Assembly (NCBI GenBank): GCA_001949185.1
Contig: BDGG01000006.1
Span: 2,338,827 to 2,402,826, forward strand
Length of the DNA stretch: 64,000 nt
Direction of reading: 5' to 3'
Origin: Ramazzottius varieornatus
Lineage: Eukaryota; Animalia; Tardigrada
Positions 23,335 to 36,383 of the stretch are shown here, one piece after another. Positions within the stretch are counted from its first letter, which is position 1. Each line of letters begins with the position of its first letter. The position numbers were made by a program, and so were the translations under genes. Under the pieces are notes generated by a model. That model did not search any database. It was not told the DNA's origin and was given only the letters and a program-made list of their open reading frames with translations.

Positions 23335-23645
23335 CTGTAATGCTTCTTGAACTTCGCGAATTACGTCATCGTACGCGTACAGGTGAACCCTGGTCCCGAA
23401 GATTTTGACACAACAACCCCCTAAGGGATGTTTCGCGCTTATGATTACGTAATTCGCGAAGTTCAAGAAGCATTACTATGGTGAGCCGGGCGATTCAAAA
23501 GTCCACAGTACTTTCACCGCGGGNNNNNNNNNNNNNNNNNNNNNNNNNNNNNNNNNNNNNNNNNNNNNNNNNNGTTTCTCCGCGCATGCACCCGCGGTAA
23601 AGGTACTGTGGACTTTTGAATCGCCCGGCTCACCATACATTACAG
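23335..23645. mobile_element. TA-flanked MITE (TIR CTGTAATGCTTCTTGAACTTCGCGAATTACGT) interrupted by a nested element
   Basis: The TIR is perfect once the insert and one CATTAC are removed. TA on both flanks. Confidence 0.85.
23477..23637. mobile_element. MITE with TATGGTGAGCC TIRs and 6-bp TSD CATTAC (IS3EU-like termini); contains the assembly gap
   Basis: Near-perfect ~47-bp TIRs. CATTAC at 23471-23476 and 23638-23643. 50 Ns at 23524-23573. Confidence 0.88.
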
Positions 23646-24018
23646 TAGTCGCGGAATGCGGCCGCAGTGACGGAACGATGCTCCGAATAGCTTGATTGGT
23701 CTATGATCGTAGCCAGGGGGCGGAGAGACCATAATGATGTCATGAGGTATTGCGCAACACGTAGCAGAACCGGAACACGAGCAGGTTGATTTGGTGCATA
23801 AACTGTATAGTATATACGCAGAAAATGTGTGAGGTCCGGTGAGGAACATCTCCTTCGCACGTGATTTCTGTTATTACTGCCGAAGTTATTCACTCATATT
23901 GCCCTTCAACTCGTGCTGCTCTCGGCAGCAAGCGCGATACAGTGAATACTCATTTCTGCCTGAACGAAATCGATGTGCCAATGAAATAGCTCCGATTTAT
24001 TGCAGAAAGTGAGTGAGA

Positions 24019-25153
24019 ATGGAAGCCTTCAAACCTGAGTGTTATATGCGGATCCTGTCCCGTTTCATTAGTCAGAAGAATGTGGCCAAGGTGTGGGAGA
24101 AGCTGTCGGAGCTGGAGGAGTTGATTGGAGAAGGGAACATACCGTGGGAGGAATTAGTGAATTATCCTTCGAAGGAATCGCTGGCTGTCCTAGCTGCTCG
24201 CAATGGATCAGTCTGCGTCCTCAAAGCTCTTCTAATGAAGAATGCTCCCCTTCTGTACTTTGAAACGGGTAACCTGGACGGAAAGCGACCGATCCATGAA
24301 GCGGTGGAAAATTTGGACTTGTCCAGTGTCCAGTATCTCGTGGAGACAGTTGGTGTTTCCGTCAACTCGCTGAAACGTGCTGACTGGTAGGATCGCTTGA
24401 TTGATGACTGATCTCAATTTTCTGTAATGATGACGTCATTGATATGTGCTCGGTACCCTACTGGAGTATCGCTCTTAGTGAGCTCAGCTAGTAACGTCGT
24501 GTGCACTGTGTGCGCTCAGTGGTATGACATGTCGACCTTCGTGCTGTTATGAAGGGCATGTCATGTCAGCTCCGGTTTCCTTGAATTTCGATCTTCCATG
24601 AATCCGCGATGGTTCTGTTGTCCAGCCTATGTTTGCTCTTCCTCTTAGGACTCCGCTGATGTTAGCATGTGTGAAAGGCAACCTGGCAATCGTCCAGTAC
24701 CTAATCTCCAAGAACGCTGATGTGCATTTCCGAAACAAAGACGGTTGGAACGCCTTTCATCTTGCCTGTCGGTAGGCAGACTTTTCCCCATATCTTCATT
24801 CTTCCTTCGGTATATGATTTTGTGCTGTACGAAACTGTAATTATAGGGAAGGAAACCTCGACATTGTGGAGCTGCTGTATTCCAGTGAAGACGCCAAAGC
24901 AATCAGTAATAACGGTCGAAGCCCTCTTCATACTGCAGGTGACACCCGATTGATTGAGGAACTTGATTGAGTCGCGAGTTTCACCATGTTTGGTCCTACA
25001 GCTCTTCACGGTCGTCTGGACGTCGTCCAGTTCCTCCTGAAGCAGTGCGGGTATAACCCCGAGGCATTGGACGCTTCTGGACATTCTCCGATCGAGAACG
25101 CCAAGGTGGCTGGACACATGGAAATAGCTCGCCTGCTGGAGATGGCACGGTAG
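24019..25153 (+). CDS. ANKRD16: Ankyrin repeat protein, ANKRD16-like (4 coding exons)
   Basis: NLDGKRPIHEA...VNSLKRADW|TPLMLAC...NKDGWNAFHLACR|EG...SNNGRSPLHTA|ALHG. The KRADWTPLM and NKDGWN.FH motifs match ANKRD16. Confidence 0.85.
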
Positions 25154-25483
25154 TTCGATGGCTGTAGACCTTGTTCCTTGCGTTTCCCGTCGGTGACTGA
25201 CGCTTTCTGCTGATCTATTTCTGACCTGCTGTCCCTTACGTGGCCATGCTGTTGTCACATGTGATATCAGTTTTCACGTTGCGTTTCCGTTGGAGACGTT
25301 AGGCCTTTATCACTGGTAGAAGGAAGTAAAATGACCTGACCAAATTGGAAATCATAGTTTTCTTTTATTTTGTCCCTTTGATCCTGTTTCACTCTTTCAC
25401 CCCAGTTGTTGTCGGACACTGAAGTTATAAACTAAAATCGAGTGCTCAGTCAAATGTTGCTTTCGCCTGAACCACGTCACTAT

Positions 25484-25984
25484 GTGGGTTTCTGCGGCCC
25501 ACTTTGGGGACAAACTTTTCTGACTCCAGACGACCGTTTTCTGACATGAAGCTGTTTGGAAATCAAAGGGCATCGTGGGGTGAATCCGCCACGCTTCGCC
25601 ACGGACAGAAGTTTCACAAAACTGTTCGCCCTTTTCAGAAGATTCTGCCGAAAAATCAATGGTAATAAGTGGCTGAAGCACCCCCACATGGGGGTCCATT
25701 GTCAGAACAGATGCAGACGCACATTCGGACTGTGTGAAGTTATTGTGACGTCAAGACTTTGTCGGTCGCAACTTCAGATTACTTCAGACTTTTCTGACGA
25801 AGTTATCTGACCACTGGTCAGATGGCCAAATAGACTCTAGCATCGTGTTCCTCGATGTTTGCTACACTCAGAGTTAGACTGCGTCAGCAGTTAACTTTGC
25901 CCTGGGGGTCCCAAAACTCCAAACTCGTTTCCTGGACAATTGGACTGGAGAACGTTTGTCCCCAAATTGGACCACCGATACCCA
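25484..25984. mobile_element. ~480-bp MITE family, copy 1 (copy 2 at 62762-63225)
   Basis: Shares TTCACAAAACTGTTCGCCCTT, TGTGACGTCAA, ATCTGACCACTGGTCA and CCTCGATGT with the 62.8-63.2 kb copy. Decayed TIRs. Confidence 0.75.
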
Positions 25985-26155
25985 TCCATTGTCCACAGCG
26001 CTTCTTTCACAAATGTAAAAAATCGGTACGGTACGCTACATCGAAGTGGTTTGAGATAAAGACTATAAACTATCGAAATTCAGATTGGTTTGCGGAGAAC
26101 TAAACTTGTAAAAAGTGACCCAAAACCAAACTAGCTAATGTTTTCTGGAGAGTTT

Positions 26156-28081
26156 TCAGTGTTTCTTCTTTGTATTGAGTTCTTTCTCCGCTGAATCGAG
26201 AAAGACGCGGCAACACCTCAAACATTGGTCGTAAACGTTATCAAATTCAGCTTCTCCTCCCTGAAATGGAAAGAGATACAAACTTCAGCCGACCCAAAGC
26301 TCTTCGACCAAACAAAAACTTACGTAATATGGGTCTTCGATCAAGAGTTCGTTCTTCGGGTCGTACTGCCCAAGTAGTTCCACCCTACAAGGACTCTTCT
26401 TCGGAGCTATCTTCTTGATATTCCTACAGAAAGATCAGCAAGTTTGATTTATGCATGAACTTGTCGCGTGACATGACAAAGTGAATTTCGGTGCACGTCA
26501 GGACGAGCTTACTTGACGTTCTCGTGGTCCATGCCAATAACGTAGGCAAAGTTGTCAAAGTCTTCCAAGGTTAGTTGACGTACTATGTGGTTAGAGGAGA
26601 TTCCATGCCGCCTACAGTAGACCAGAATAACTCAAAAGCCAATAAACCAGTACCGGAAGTCAGAAGGGACCTCACCGAAGACAAGCTTCCGCTCGGTTGT
26701 CTGAAGGTTCGCCAACGTGATAGTCGGCGGTCGCTGCACTGTCAACTGTCCACTAAACCAAAATCAAACTTAAAGACCTGTAAGCAGGTTGGAAGGGAGG
26801 AAATTTCATACTTTGTCGAGGAGACCTCGTTCGCTGAGGACTTGGCGGAAGACTGCTTCGGCAATGGGAGATCGACAGATGTTTCCTGCAACAAGACCGA
26901 AGAAACGGCTACAAAACCCGGAAATGCTTTCGTAAGATGTTTGAGTGTGCGAACGGGTCTTTAAGGTTAAAGGGTAAGTTTGTGGACCCCGGTTGATTTT
27001 GGTGATGAAGCAAAGGCGAGAATAGATTGACTTTAACGGAGCATCTGACGCCAATAAACGGAGCATTGCAGCATCGCCTTTCCGAGAGACGTTTTGAAAC
27101 GATTGCCCGACGCTTCGCTCAAGGTGATTAACTGCCAACTTTCTTCCTCCGCTCACACATTATCGGACGAGTAAGTTTTAATTACGAAGATGAGGACGAG
27201 TCAAGAAACCAATATATAGTATAGACACTTTGAACGAACTTTCGAATCCTGGCGACCCGAGCACTTCCTGCGCTGACGAAATGATAATCACAAGCTCCGG
27301 ATGAAGCGTACACGTACGACGAGAAATTATGGGATATTAAAAATTATGGGACAGGCGGAAAGGACGGAAAAATGGAAATTTAACCGTAGAAAAGAGTCGG
27401 AAAGTGAATCACTGTGAATCAGGCGCATACGTACGTGCTTCCGAACCGCCAAAGCGAAAGGCATAGTTTTACTGTCCCATGATTTCTCGTCATAAGTCGA
27501 CATTTTTCCTGCGCTGGATGATAAACCCCGAGCCTCTTAAGAGACCCTCATATTACCACTGATGAGCTGCTGTACTTCGCCGACCAAAATTGATTGGCTA
27601 TTTGGCTTGAATGCTGCTGGAGAATTACGATCACTACAGTGAGCTTGTGCACGGCGAAGTATACTGCAGCTCGTCAGTGCATATTGCATTTGTACGAGGT
27701 TGGAATTGACTATTTTTAGGCCATGGCCGGCTGTTAGGACAAAATAACGTGGACACCCCAACGATATCCCAAAGAATATCTAGACACACGGCCTGCCATC
27801 GTTCATTTGCTATCATAATTACCATTTCTGTTGCTTTTGTAAAGTTTTGTTTCCCTTCGTTGTCCGCAGGTTCACCGGGGAACGTCCTCATGTTTGAGAT
27901 ATCCACTACTATGACTGTTCCATCATGGGGGAACTGCCATGGTAGTAGACATCTCAAAGATCCCTCATGCATCTGGAGCCCTTTGTCCTACCGTTCCATG
28001 CACTGCCGTTTGGCAGCACATCATTTTCTTACCTAGGCAAACGAAGAGGACAGATCGCGGGTTGGCTGTTGGTTCATCCAT
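26156..28081 (-). CDS. ACP1: Low-molecular-weight phosphotyrosine phosphatase (LMW-PTP)
   Basis: The P-loop SVLFVCLG|NICRSPIAE is split by a ~1.15-kb intron. Also VDSAAT, YHVG, DFDNFAYVIGMD, LLGQYDP, IEDPYY|GG and FDNVYDQCLRCC. A possible in-frame upstream ATG lies at 28213. Confidence 0.95.
27311..27500. mobile_element. ~200-bp TA-flanked MITE family (TIR CACGCACGACGAGAAATTA), copy 1
   Basis: ACGAGAAATTATGGGA...TCCCATGATTTCTCGT. Internal TACGTACGTGCTTCCG is shared with copies at 30548 and 59266. Confidence 0.8.
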
Positions 28082-30547
28082 GTCATCACCGGAGAAACAT
28101 GTCACAATCCTGCGGATTTGCTTGGAGATAAATGAAGAGGATGATTTGGAAGGTGCTTTTGTGGAGGACGTCTTTCCCAATCCCACCGGAAGTGACTGTG
28201 ATGTTTGGACCATAGTGCACTGCGCAGCGCGTGCGCAAGTTGGATCACAAGCTGAAAGGTGGTAGTCGGTATACCGCAGGGCAACACGCACCAGCGTACC
28301 ACAATGTTTCTAACCACGGGCTAAATCGCTGAACACCGTTTCGGAAGTCCTGATTCTTCTGCATGAAAGATAAAACTTGGCTCTTGATGAGTTTATTCCG
28401 TAGACTGACAAAATAAGTGAGATAGTTTTGACTGTGTTACTGTGAAGTGGGACAGAAATGCTGAGGCTGGTCTTGAGTGCGAACCAGGAAGCCTACAAGA
28501 GAGGGAACGAGAGCTGCTGAAAATGATGACGAGCCTGACGGATTCTTCCGCAGAAGTGGTGTCTTCTGGTTTCATCACTCATCTTCGCTTCCGTCAGTAT
28601 GCAAACAGTTCTTGTCTCTGGCGTGAGAAGGAAGTTCAATTGGGTCGTCAGCCATGCTTTGACATAACGGGAGCGAGCCTGCATTGAAGCCCCGCACGTA
28701 CCAGATACTGAGAAAAGAACCAGCATTTCTCGATGAGCGTCAGGACAGGGCAAAACGGTGGAATTTGGCTGTTTCAGGTAACAGAGTTGGCCAGTCCTCG
28801 ACACCACGTAATCCGGAAATCAATCCCACCGAAACTGCACTCTGAAAGCGTGGCATCTCCGAGATGCCGGCATTGTTCCTCGTGCTTTTTTTCTTTCCTG
28901 CCTTCTTTCTCCAAAAACTAACAAGGAAGGCACACGTCCAATGGCATTGGGTAATCTGTTTTGTTCGGCGTTCCATCATTACAAGTTTATTGTATTCATG
29001 TTTTTCGGGTAAAGGATGTCCATAGATTCGGATCAGTCAAGCAAGAAATAATCTTGTGCACCATGCAACAGGCCAAAAACTGTCCAGAAACGACTACGAA
29101 TGGATCCTTGCTGCAAACATTCCATATACAATATTACTGAATCAAAACGGTGTCTCGGTCCAGTGGTGCTGGGAGAGGTCACAAACCGGCATAAAAATAC
29201 GCAAGACCAAGGTCAATGCTTGACCTTCGATCAAGCATTGTCCAGCTCTGAGCCGCACCTTCTGTGCTCTGATTGACTGTTTTCGGAAGCGTGGTTTAAC
29301 AGACAAAACGTCCGAAAGAAACCATATGCACGAAAAGCAGCTCTAGCGCATTCTCAATGGTTTTGGAGTTTGTAACTGTGTGTAATTGTAAAGCAGCTAA
29401 AATATTTTTAGCCACGGCTAAGAATGGCTAAAGCGGCTTATTTTAGCTTCGCCGAGCCTTCTATAGCAGATCCACTTACCGAAACCTGACAGAAATTGAA
29501 GCTTCCGGGTATCCGAACTTCAGGCATCTGAAGTTCGGATGCCGTACTGTAGGGCCACTTTTTCCAGGTGGACTACCCATTTTTGAGGACGAAACTGTAA
29601 GTTGTCAGCACATCAGCGTGCAGCGCAGTTGCAAAAGGTCAATGTTCACACTGGCCATGACAGTTGTGCAGCACAGCGCAGCATACATCAACCTAGTAAT
29701 GTGCGCAGCACAGTTGCAGCACACTGTTGGACCTGCGGCCCAGTGGTCTAACTGTAGCTAAAATGAGCTGCGACGCCACTCATACGCTAAGCAGAGCAGC
29801 TGATCACAACGTTGAATAATTTAGGCAGCCACCATGCTTCCCAATGCTAGTTAACCGTAACTCCGATTACGCTGTTTTCCGAAAATAACGGGAGCTCCGG
29901 AAAGCAAAATCGTAGTTACACGTCAAGAAAGGGACGGAGCAAGCCGTTACTTTAGTCGCAAAGTGAAACCAGAGTGACAACTTAATGTGTACTAGCAAGG
30001 GCACACCCTGGAAAGGCGAGCTCAGTGCACACCTAGACCAAGGCCGGGAATGCCGGGAATATTCTCATCCAAACGAGTCCAGAATTACAGTACCGGGAAA
30101 ATCCCGCCCAAACATGAGGACCGGGAACGTCCGCCTGGGAAGACCGAGAACGCTAATTGGGGTGGGAATTACAATTAATACTATCTGACAGTAATAAATA
30201 TAAAAATATAAGGCGAAACACAAGACGATCCACCGACTTCCAGGTCTCGAGAATGTCTTTCTGGTGCAGCGGTAGCGTTTGCTGGCGTGACTAACAGTTT
30301 TGCGTTTTCGTTCTGATTCATGTTGGGCCGCGTCGCACTCTGCTACCTCGGTCCATAAGGACGTACGTCTACCTTGATTGTTGACTCTAACTACACAGTC
30401 CGAGCGTGCTCGAGACACCGTACGACATTACAGTTACCACGGCTCAGTTTTTCCGCAAATACTTTACGTCAGTTACCACGCTCTCACTACGTTTCACCCT
30501 TCAGGTTGTGTATACGTTTATACGCTTCTTCTAATGCTTTCATTGCA

Positions 30548-30740
30548 CACGCTCGATGGGAAATTAAAGGACAGTAAAGTTGTGGGACTGGCGGTAAAAT
30601 GGAACTTCAACCGCAAAAAGTGTTGACAAGTACAACAGTGTGAATCGGTCGTGTACGTACGCGCTTCCGTACCACCGCTACCGTAGCGAAAAGGCCTGTC
30701 CCAAATTTTTTACTGTCCCTTAATCAACAATCGTGCGTGT
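30548..30740. mobile_element. ~200-bp MITE family, copy 2
   Basis: GGACAGTAAA...TTTACTGTCC inverted. TACGTACGCGCTTCCGTACC...AGCGAAAAGG is shared with the other copies. Confidence 0.75.
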
Positions 30741-31311
30741 ACTATTCATCACGGAACACTTAGCTAGCACCGGGAACACCGCACAACTTCCAAGGCAAAA
30801 CAACTAACCAGAAAGATCCGAAAGTGAGTGTTAGGAATGATAAGTTGGATGAGAGTTGGAAAAACAGGATTATTTCAGAATCCACTATTTGGTAAACGTA
30901 GTCTAAGCTCTGTTTCACCAACGATAGACAGCAGGACTTCCCACACGTTGAATTTCCTGCAGAACCACTTGAGCCCACATTGGCTTCGAATGTTCAAAAA
31001 GCTGGAAGGGCTATCGAATGGCAGACGATCAATGTGCGGAACAACAGCCAAGGCGGTTGAATAGTTGCTATCCTTGCAGGTTCCAGTGCTCATCAAAACC
31101 AGACGCGGCACGCATCATTTGTCGTTCGGATCGTGTGTGATCAGTCAAGTAATTCGCTTGTAGTTCTCGTGTACGGCAATCTGAAAAGACTGATTCAAGA
31201 AAGTACTATAAATAATTAGTAGATTTAAGAATTACAGCCCCAGGCCAAGTCAGGCCCCTAGCCCACCTCTGGCTCAGTGCATGCATCTACAGTACATGTA
31301 CGGACTGCGGT

Positions 31312-31752
31312 AATGATGAGCATTACATCTTACATTGCAGTACATTTTACATTACAATTACACTTTTACAGGACATTACAACCACGGGGAAGTTGTAATG
31401 TAAATGTAAAATGTAATTGCAACTTTTACCGGCCAGAATCTTCGGTATTTTTGAGTCCTTTGCCGCCAGAAATCTAAAATTCGGCTGACTTACGCGGAAA
31501 AATGTCAGAAACTTTGAGTATGGTCATTCGGCAACCGTATTTTTATCTTTGCCTGGAAGACAATTACCTAGATCTATATTCTATGCAAACATAGACATAG
31601 CTGGTTCGTCGTTCTCGTCGCTCTTTGTCACTTTTAGGCGTTACAAACCGCTCGGTCTGTAAAATTTAAACTAGTGTAAACATTAGTTACACTTTTACAA
31701 TTACATTACACTTTACATTACAAGGACCATCTGCGTGTAAAGCTCATCATCA
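31312..31752. mobile_element. Probable MITE with ATTAC/GTAAT subterminal repeats
   Basis: ATGATGAGC...GCTCATCAT inverted ends. Clustered TTACATTACA repeats. Confidence 0.5.
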
Positions 31753-31904
31753 GACTACGGAGTCGGGTATAAATGGCGATAAGCGTGTGCGTAGATTGCG
31801 TGGTGGAATCCAGTCACACACGCATGCTCTAAACCTGGATCCGGTTCAATGCGCTGGCCAATCGCGAGCGTGCCTCTGGAGGTTCGCTAGATGAACAGAA
31901 AATA

Positions 31905-31963
31905 AGGAAGGAAGGAAGGGAAGGAAGGGAAGGAAGGGAAGGAAGGAAGGGCAGGAAGGAAGG
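31905..31963. repeat. Purine-rich (GAAG/GAAGG)n simple repeat
   Basis: Read directly from the sequence. Confidence 0.95.
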
Positions 31964-32096
31964 GCCTGGACAGTTATCCGCAATTAAGCAATTTCATATG
32001 GGCGACTAATACGCGGAAATCCTTTCTCGAGTTTTGTGGCTTGTAGACAGGGCCACTGGTCCGTCCGAAGAATTTCCACGCACGAGAACATGTCGC

Positions 32097-32723
32097 TAGT
32101 GCTGGCAACGATACGGTTTACCGGTATCGTATCGAAATATATCGAATCTTTGCGATAAAAGATGGGGCAGATATCGTATTGAAAATATCAATCTGAAACT
32201 CATCGTATAACGCACTAAAATATTCGGCCATATCGTATCGCGCCATATCGATATATTTTCGATCTATCCTTGTTTTGCTGAGTGGCAAACTCGGCAATAA
32301 TATCACGTTTACGAAATACTATGGTTGAATTCAAACACTTGATTTCGGCCATGGTATGCCCAGCAGGCGAGCACACTGCGCCCATTCGAACTTGATGCTA
32401 GTATCCAGATTTCCATGTATTTGAAGTCTTTCTATAGTCACATGTTTGCTGTATCCGACGCTTTCGATCTCACCAATACTTTATGTGTGAAATTGGCTTT
32501 ATGAGTTCTTATGCCTGATACAGTGGAATTCCGAAAAAAATTGAGATTGAAGAAATATAGATATATCGCTGCGATAGGATACGATACATCGAAAATACGG
32601 TATCGGAAAAATATCGTATCGAAATATCGACACCGAATAAAAGTCGAAGACCGCGATAAAACATCCGCCAATATTGTATCGAAAAAAATCGTATCGAATT
32701 TCATCGTATTTTTACCAGCACTA
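32097..32723. mobile_element. hAT-type MITE with TATCG/CGATA subterminal repeats
   Basis: TIRs TAGTGCTGG...CCAGCACTA. 8-bp TSD CATGTCGC/CATGTCGG. Confidence 0.88.
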
Positions 32724-33873
32724 CATGTCGGTCTAACGGGCCTAGTTTCGACATTGAGCATTGGCCAACGATGTTATTATCAGTTTTCCATCGAACACTA
32801 TACTAGAGCAGCGCTGGATGGTAATAAACTTGAACCTTATCGAAGCCTCACGATACGGTACAGATCTTCGGGCCAGTGTTGTTCCGATAAGACTTTTGAG
32901 GTTTGAATTATAATTACGATTAATCGAAACTCGTCTCGTAGCCGTAATTTGGAGTGCAGGTAGTTCGTCGTCACTGAACTGAAGATTACGATCAATCGGA
33001 ATTCAGCTTCCGACAGCAATTCGATTTATTTGAATTATTACGACGTCGTTTGGTAATTTCAATTTCCAATATAGTATGACCCTCTTCCTTCCCCCTGCAG
33101 ACTTGTTTACATTTGGAATTTTGGAGTACCAACAGAAATGCTTAGCTCACTGGTTGCAGATGGTGACGGTCAAGGCACAGAATTCTCGGAGGATTCAAGT
33201 CCACGACGGAGATGCGCTCGTAAAAGGCTTCTTACCCATCTTTCGCCTATCGGACTTCCGCTTTCCCTTGTTCTGATTCTTGACGATGATTGAGATGTCA
33301 GTCTGAAAATAATAGACCAGCGATAAATTATGAACGTCGCACAAAGTCACTCGAAAATTCCCTGGCTTCAGTTCCGGCGATGCTTTGCGAATTTATCTCC
33401 TCATCAAATTAACGATCAATGATACGCAGTTGTGAGAGGCAGACTGCAAAAATAAGCCCCGATGTGCTAGCCTCTGAATGCGGTGAATCCGGGGGCGAAT
33501 TGGCGGATTGCATTGCGGGCTTGACGCTGAAAGCTGTAGATCTTACTGGCGAACTTAAAGTTGTAATTTTGCGGTGATAATGCGCTAATTCATATCGACC
33601 GTAGTGTCTTATTCCGAATGTGCTTATTTCAATTAAGCCACTGTGTGATTTGAATTACGAATTAAAATACTCTGATCATTTCCCATTTGAATTTGAATTC
33701 TGATTTGTATTCAAATACGTTGGCGGAAGGTTCTCAATCTGAATTCTCGTATCGGAATTCCAAAACGGCTAAAATCAGCCGTTTTCAATTATGTATTACA
33801 ATAATCGGTACAAAACTGCTTCAGGCTCCATAGACCGTAGACTACAGTAGATAAAGCAACCAGGACAGTAAGG

Positions 33874-34247
33874 TATGGTGAGCCACGCAACCCAAAAGTC
33901 CACAGCACTTTCACCGCGGGTGGATGCGCGAAGAAACTCCATGCCCGGTGAAATAATTTTTCGCTCATCCGCCCGCGTCTATGACACGAGTGTCACTGCG
34001 AGTGTACGCGCGGAGAAACTGACTTTATCCGCGGGTGGATTCGCGGTGAAACTGATTTTATCTGCGCTCCTATGCACGAAAAATTGGTTAAACCGCACAT
34101 GGATCCGCGGAACTAGCATTTGATCTGCCCATGTATCCGCGGAGCAAGACATTTTACCGCGTGTGTATGCGCGGATGAAGTCGATTTCTCCGCGCATGCA
34201 CCCGCGGTGAAAGTACTGTGGACTTTCGAGTCGCGCGGCTCACCACA
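33874..34247. mobile_element. Complete copy of the TATGGTGAGCC MITE (374 bp)
   Basis: TIRs match 23477-23637. Decayed 6-bp flanks GTAAGG/GTAGAA. Internal CCGCG repeats. Confidence 0.88.
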
Positions 34248-35091
34248 GTAGAACGAAGTACGCAGGGTCACGGTAGACTTCTGCACAGTCCAATTAGGCA
34301 TCGACTCGAGACAGTCGGTATCAGTTGACAGAGTTCTTCATATCGTTTTACGTAGCGAGACAAAAGAGAAAAAGCAGGGTTCTTCGGTGGCTAATTGGAC
34401 AGATTTCAGGTCAGACACTCTGCGCAGGCACTAGAAAACCTGGGAAGCATTAGAAAATCGAAGCTTTGATTTCCCAACATGTCCGATGGCTTTCCTTTGA
34501 AAGAACGACATTTGGACCTAACCACAAGGCGAAGATGTTGACCTTATATCAGCTGCGGAAGTATGACTTGTCCCCTTGTCCTCTGCCGGATTTACATTTT
34601 TTTCCAGATTCTTTTTTTTCGAGATTTATACTTTTTCGAAGAGAATTAGTTTCAGCGCTGCGAAAGCTTGGGAAGAGCGGGAACAAGAAAAATAAACTCT
34701 ATAACGGCATTCTTATGACCGTCTTTCGTTTTTCTCGGTGGAAGAAATTTACGGCGGCAAAGACTGGTAGACAGACACCAAACAATAACAATGATCGGCT
34801 TCCGGTACCCTTCCAGATTCGGAATCTTTGGTGGTGATTTGTCTCTATCCAAACGCATCATTTCTCGCCCTGAAACCTTTACAGAGTGCACTTTCATCCA
34901 GCAGTAATAATGCTATCTGCTAGCGGTTCGTCCTTGATCGCAATCTGAAGATGAGAAAAAGACGAAATTCTGCTAACTCTTTGAGGTGCGCGGAGTGATT
35001 GGGGTACCAAATTTTCTTATTTTATCGCCCAGCCCGTTTCCTTCAGATGTACCGTGAGACTTCAGGGAGACACAGCATAGTCTCGTAAGCG

Positions 35092-35185
35092 TTATGCAAC
35101 AGTTTGGGAGGAATCGGATTCGACAAGCTGCCTCAGCACATCGTCGTCTACTTTCGATTTCGGTCCTCCGTGCGGGTGACTTTTG
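35092..35185 (-). pseudogene. Mariner transposase relic (second HTH region)
   Basis: SHPHGGPKSKVDDDVLRQLVESDSSQT resembles the mariner D.PRSGRP..VD.D.L..LVE.DP.QT segment. Flanked by stops. Confidence 0.6.
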
Positions 35186-35246
35186 AATAAAAATTCTTCA
35201 AAACGAAAATTCTTATTCTCCAGAATGAAAATTCTCCAGATCGATC

Positions 35247-35589
35247 CAACCGCCCACGGTACATTCGTCAAGGGTTTTATCCCGAAACGTGGGACTGACT
35301 TCGTCAGCGACCTGAAATACGTGCTCGCCTGTATCAAATTCGCGCACCTTAATCGCTCGACATTTCAGTTTATTCATGCTCCCCCTCCTCCTATATTTGA
35401 CACTTAATTTATTCCGGTTTGTCAGCTTTAGGGCAGGTAGAAATTATTTTGGCAGAATCATGAATAACTGAAATGTCAAGCGATTAAGGTGCGCGAATTT
35501 CAAAGAGGCAAGAACGTATTTCAAGTCGCTGACGCAGTCAGTCTCATGTTTAGGGATGAAACCCTTGACGAATGTACCGTGGGCGGTTG
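35247..35589. repeat. Long inverted repeat (~130-bp arms, ~80-bp spacer), probable foldback MITE
   Basis: CAACCGCCCACGGTACATTCGTCAAGGGTTT...ATTCATG versus CATGAATAAC...AAACCCTTGACGAATGTACCGTGGGCGGTTG. Confidence 0.9.
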
Positions 35590-36218
35590 AATTTCTGAAG
35601 CCACGGCTCAGTCCGGTCGCTCGAAATGTGTACACGCGGCGGGCCTAATTGTAGGCACGGACAAGACTATGGGCAGCGGAGCGAAAGCGGCATTTCTCCG
35701 ATTGACGTATTTTATTGGTCAATTTTAGCTGGCTCGGGCCGCTTCCGCTCCGGTGCCCACAGTTTTTTCCATGCCCATAATCAAGCCAGGCGCGTATACA
35801 AACATTTTCAGTTTCAGTTTAAGGCTTGCCGAACAGTCCCCACACAGCATGCCAAGCTCAAGTCCGAAATTGCAGCACACATACATCAGACCCTGCCTCA
35901 ACTGGGGTAATCAAGTAATCAAGTCGCACGTTTCCGTCTGTGTTGTGGGCATGGTAAGCAGTATCCTTAACGTTAACTTTGAATGATTGTCGTCTCTAGA
36001 GTTCAGAATTTTTGTAAACATTTCGAGCGACCGGACTGTATTTTAAGGGGACAAGCTACTGTTCTGCACCTAACAGCTCCGTTTGTCAGGTAGGGCTCCT
36101 CCGGCACGCAATTGTCTAATGTGCCTGAATTTTCTGAAGAGCTAATTAGCGCACTGTTACCGCAATATACCGATCCGGGCTCACTGGAACTAGCGCGTCT
36201 TTTTCTCGAATCAGTGTA

Positions 36219-36383
36219 CAGTGTACGACAAAATAAACCGTTAAAAATGGGTGTATGGAGCCAGATGGTTAAAGCCAATGAAAATTGCGCATACAGCAAA
36301 ACCTAATTCTCATGGGCTGAGTCGCCAGTAAGCTCAGCTGGAGTGTTACGCCCATTTTTAACGGTTAATTTTGTCGTACACTG
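36219..36383. mobile_element. Tc1-like 165-bp MITE (partial copy at ~59187-59263)
   Basis: TA|CAGTGTACGACAAAATAAACCGTTAAAAATGGG...CCCATTTTTAACGGTTAATTTTGTCGTACACTG|TA. Confidence 0.88.

Noticed and set aside
29511-29540. Perfect 13-bp hairpin ATCCGAACTTCAG-GCAT-CTGAAGTTCGGAT
   Set aside because: Isolated, and next to a CCGTACTGTA MITE-like end. Probably a transposon remnant.
32438-32906. 107-131-aa ORFs
   Set aside because: They lie in TATCG-repeat MITE sequence and show no protein-like motifs.
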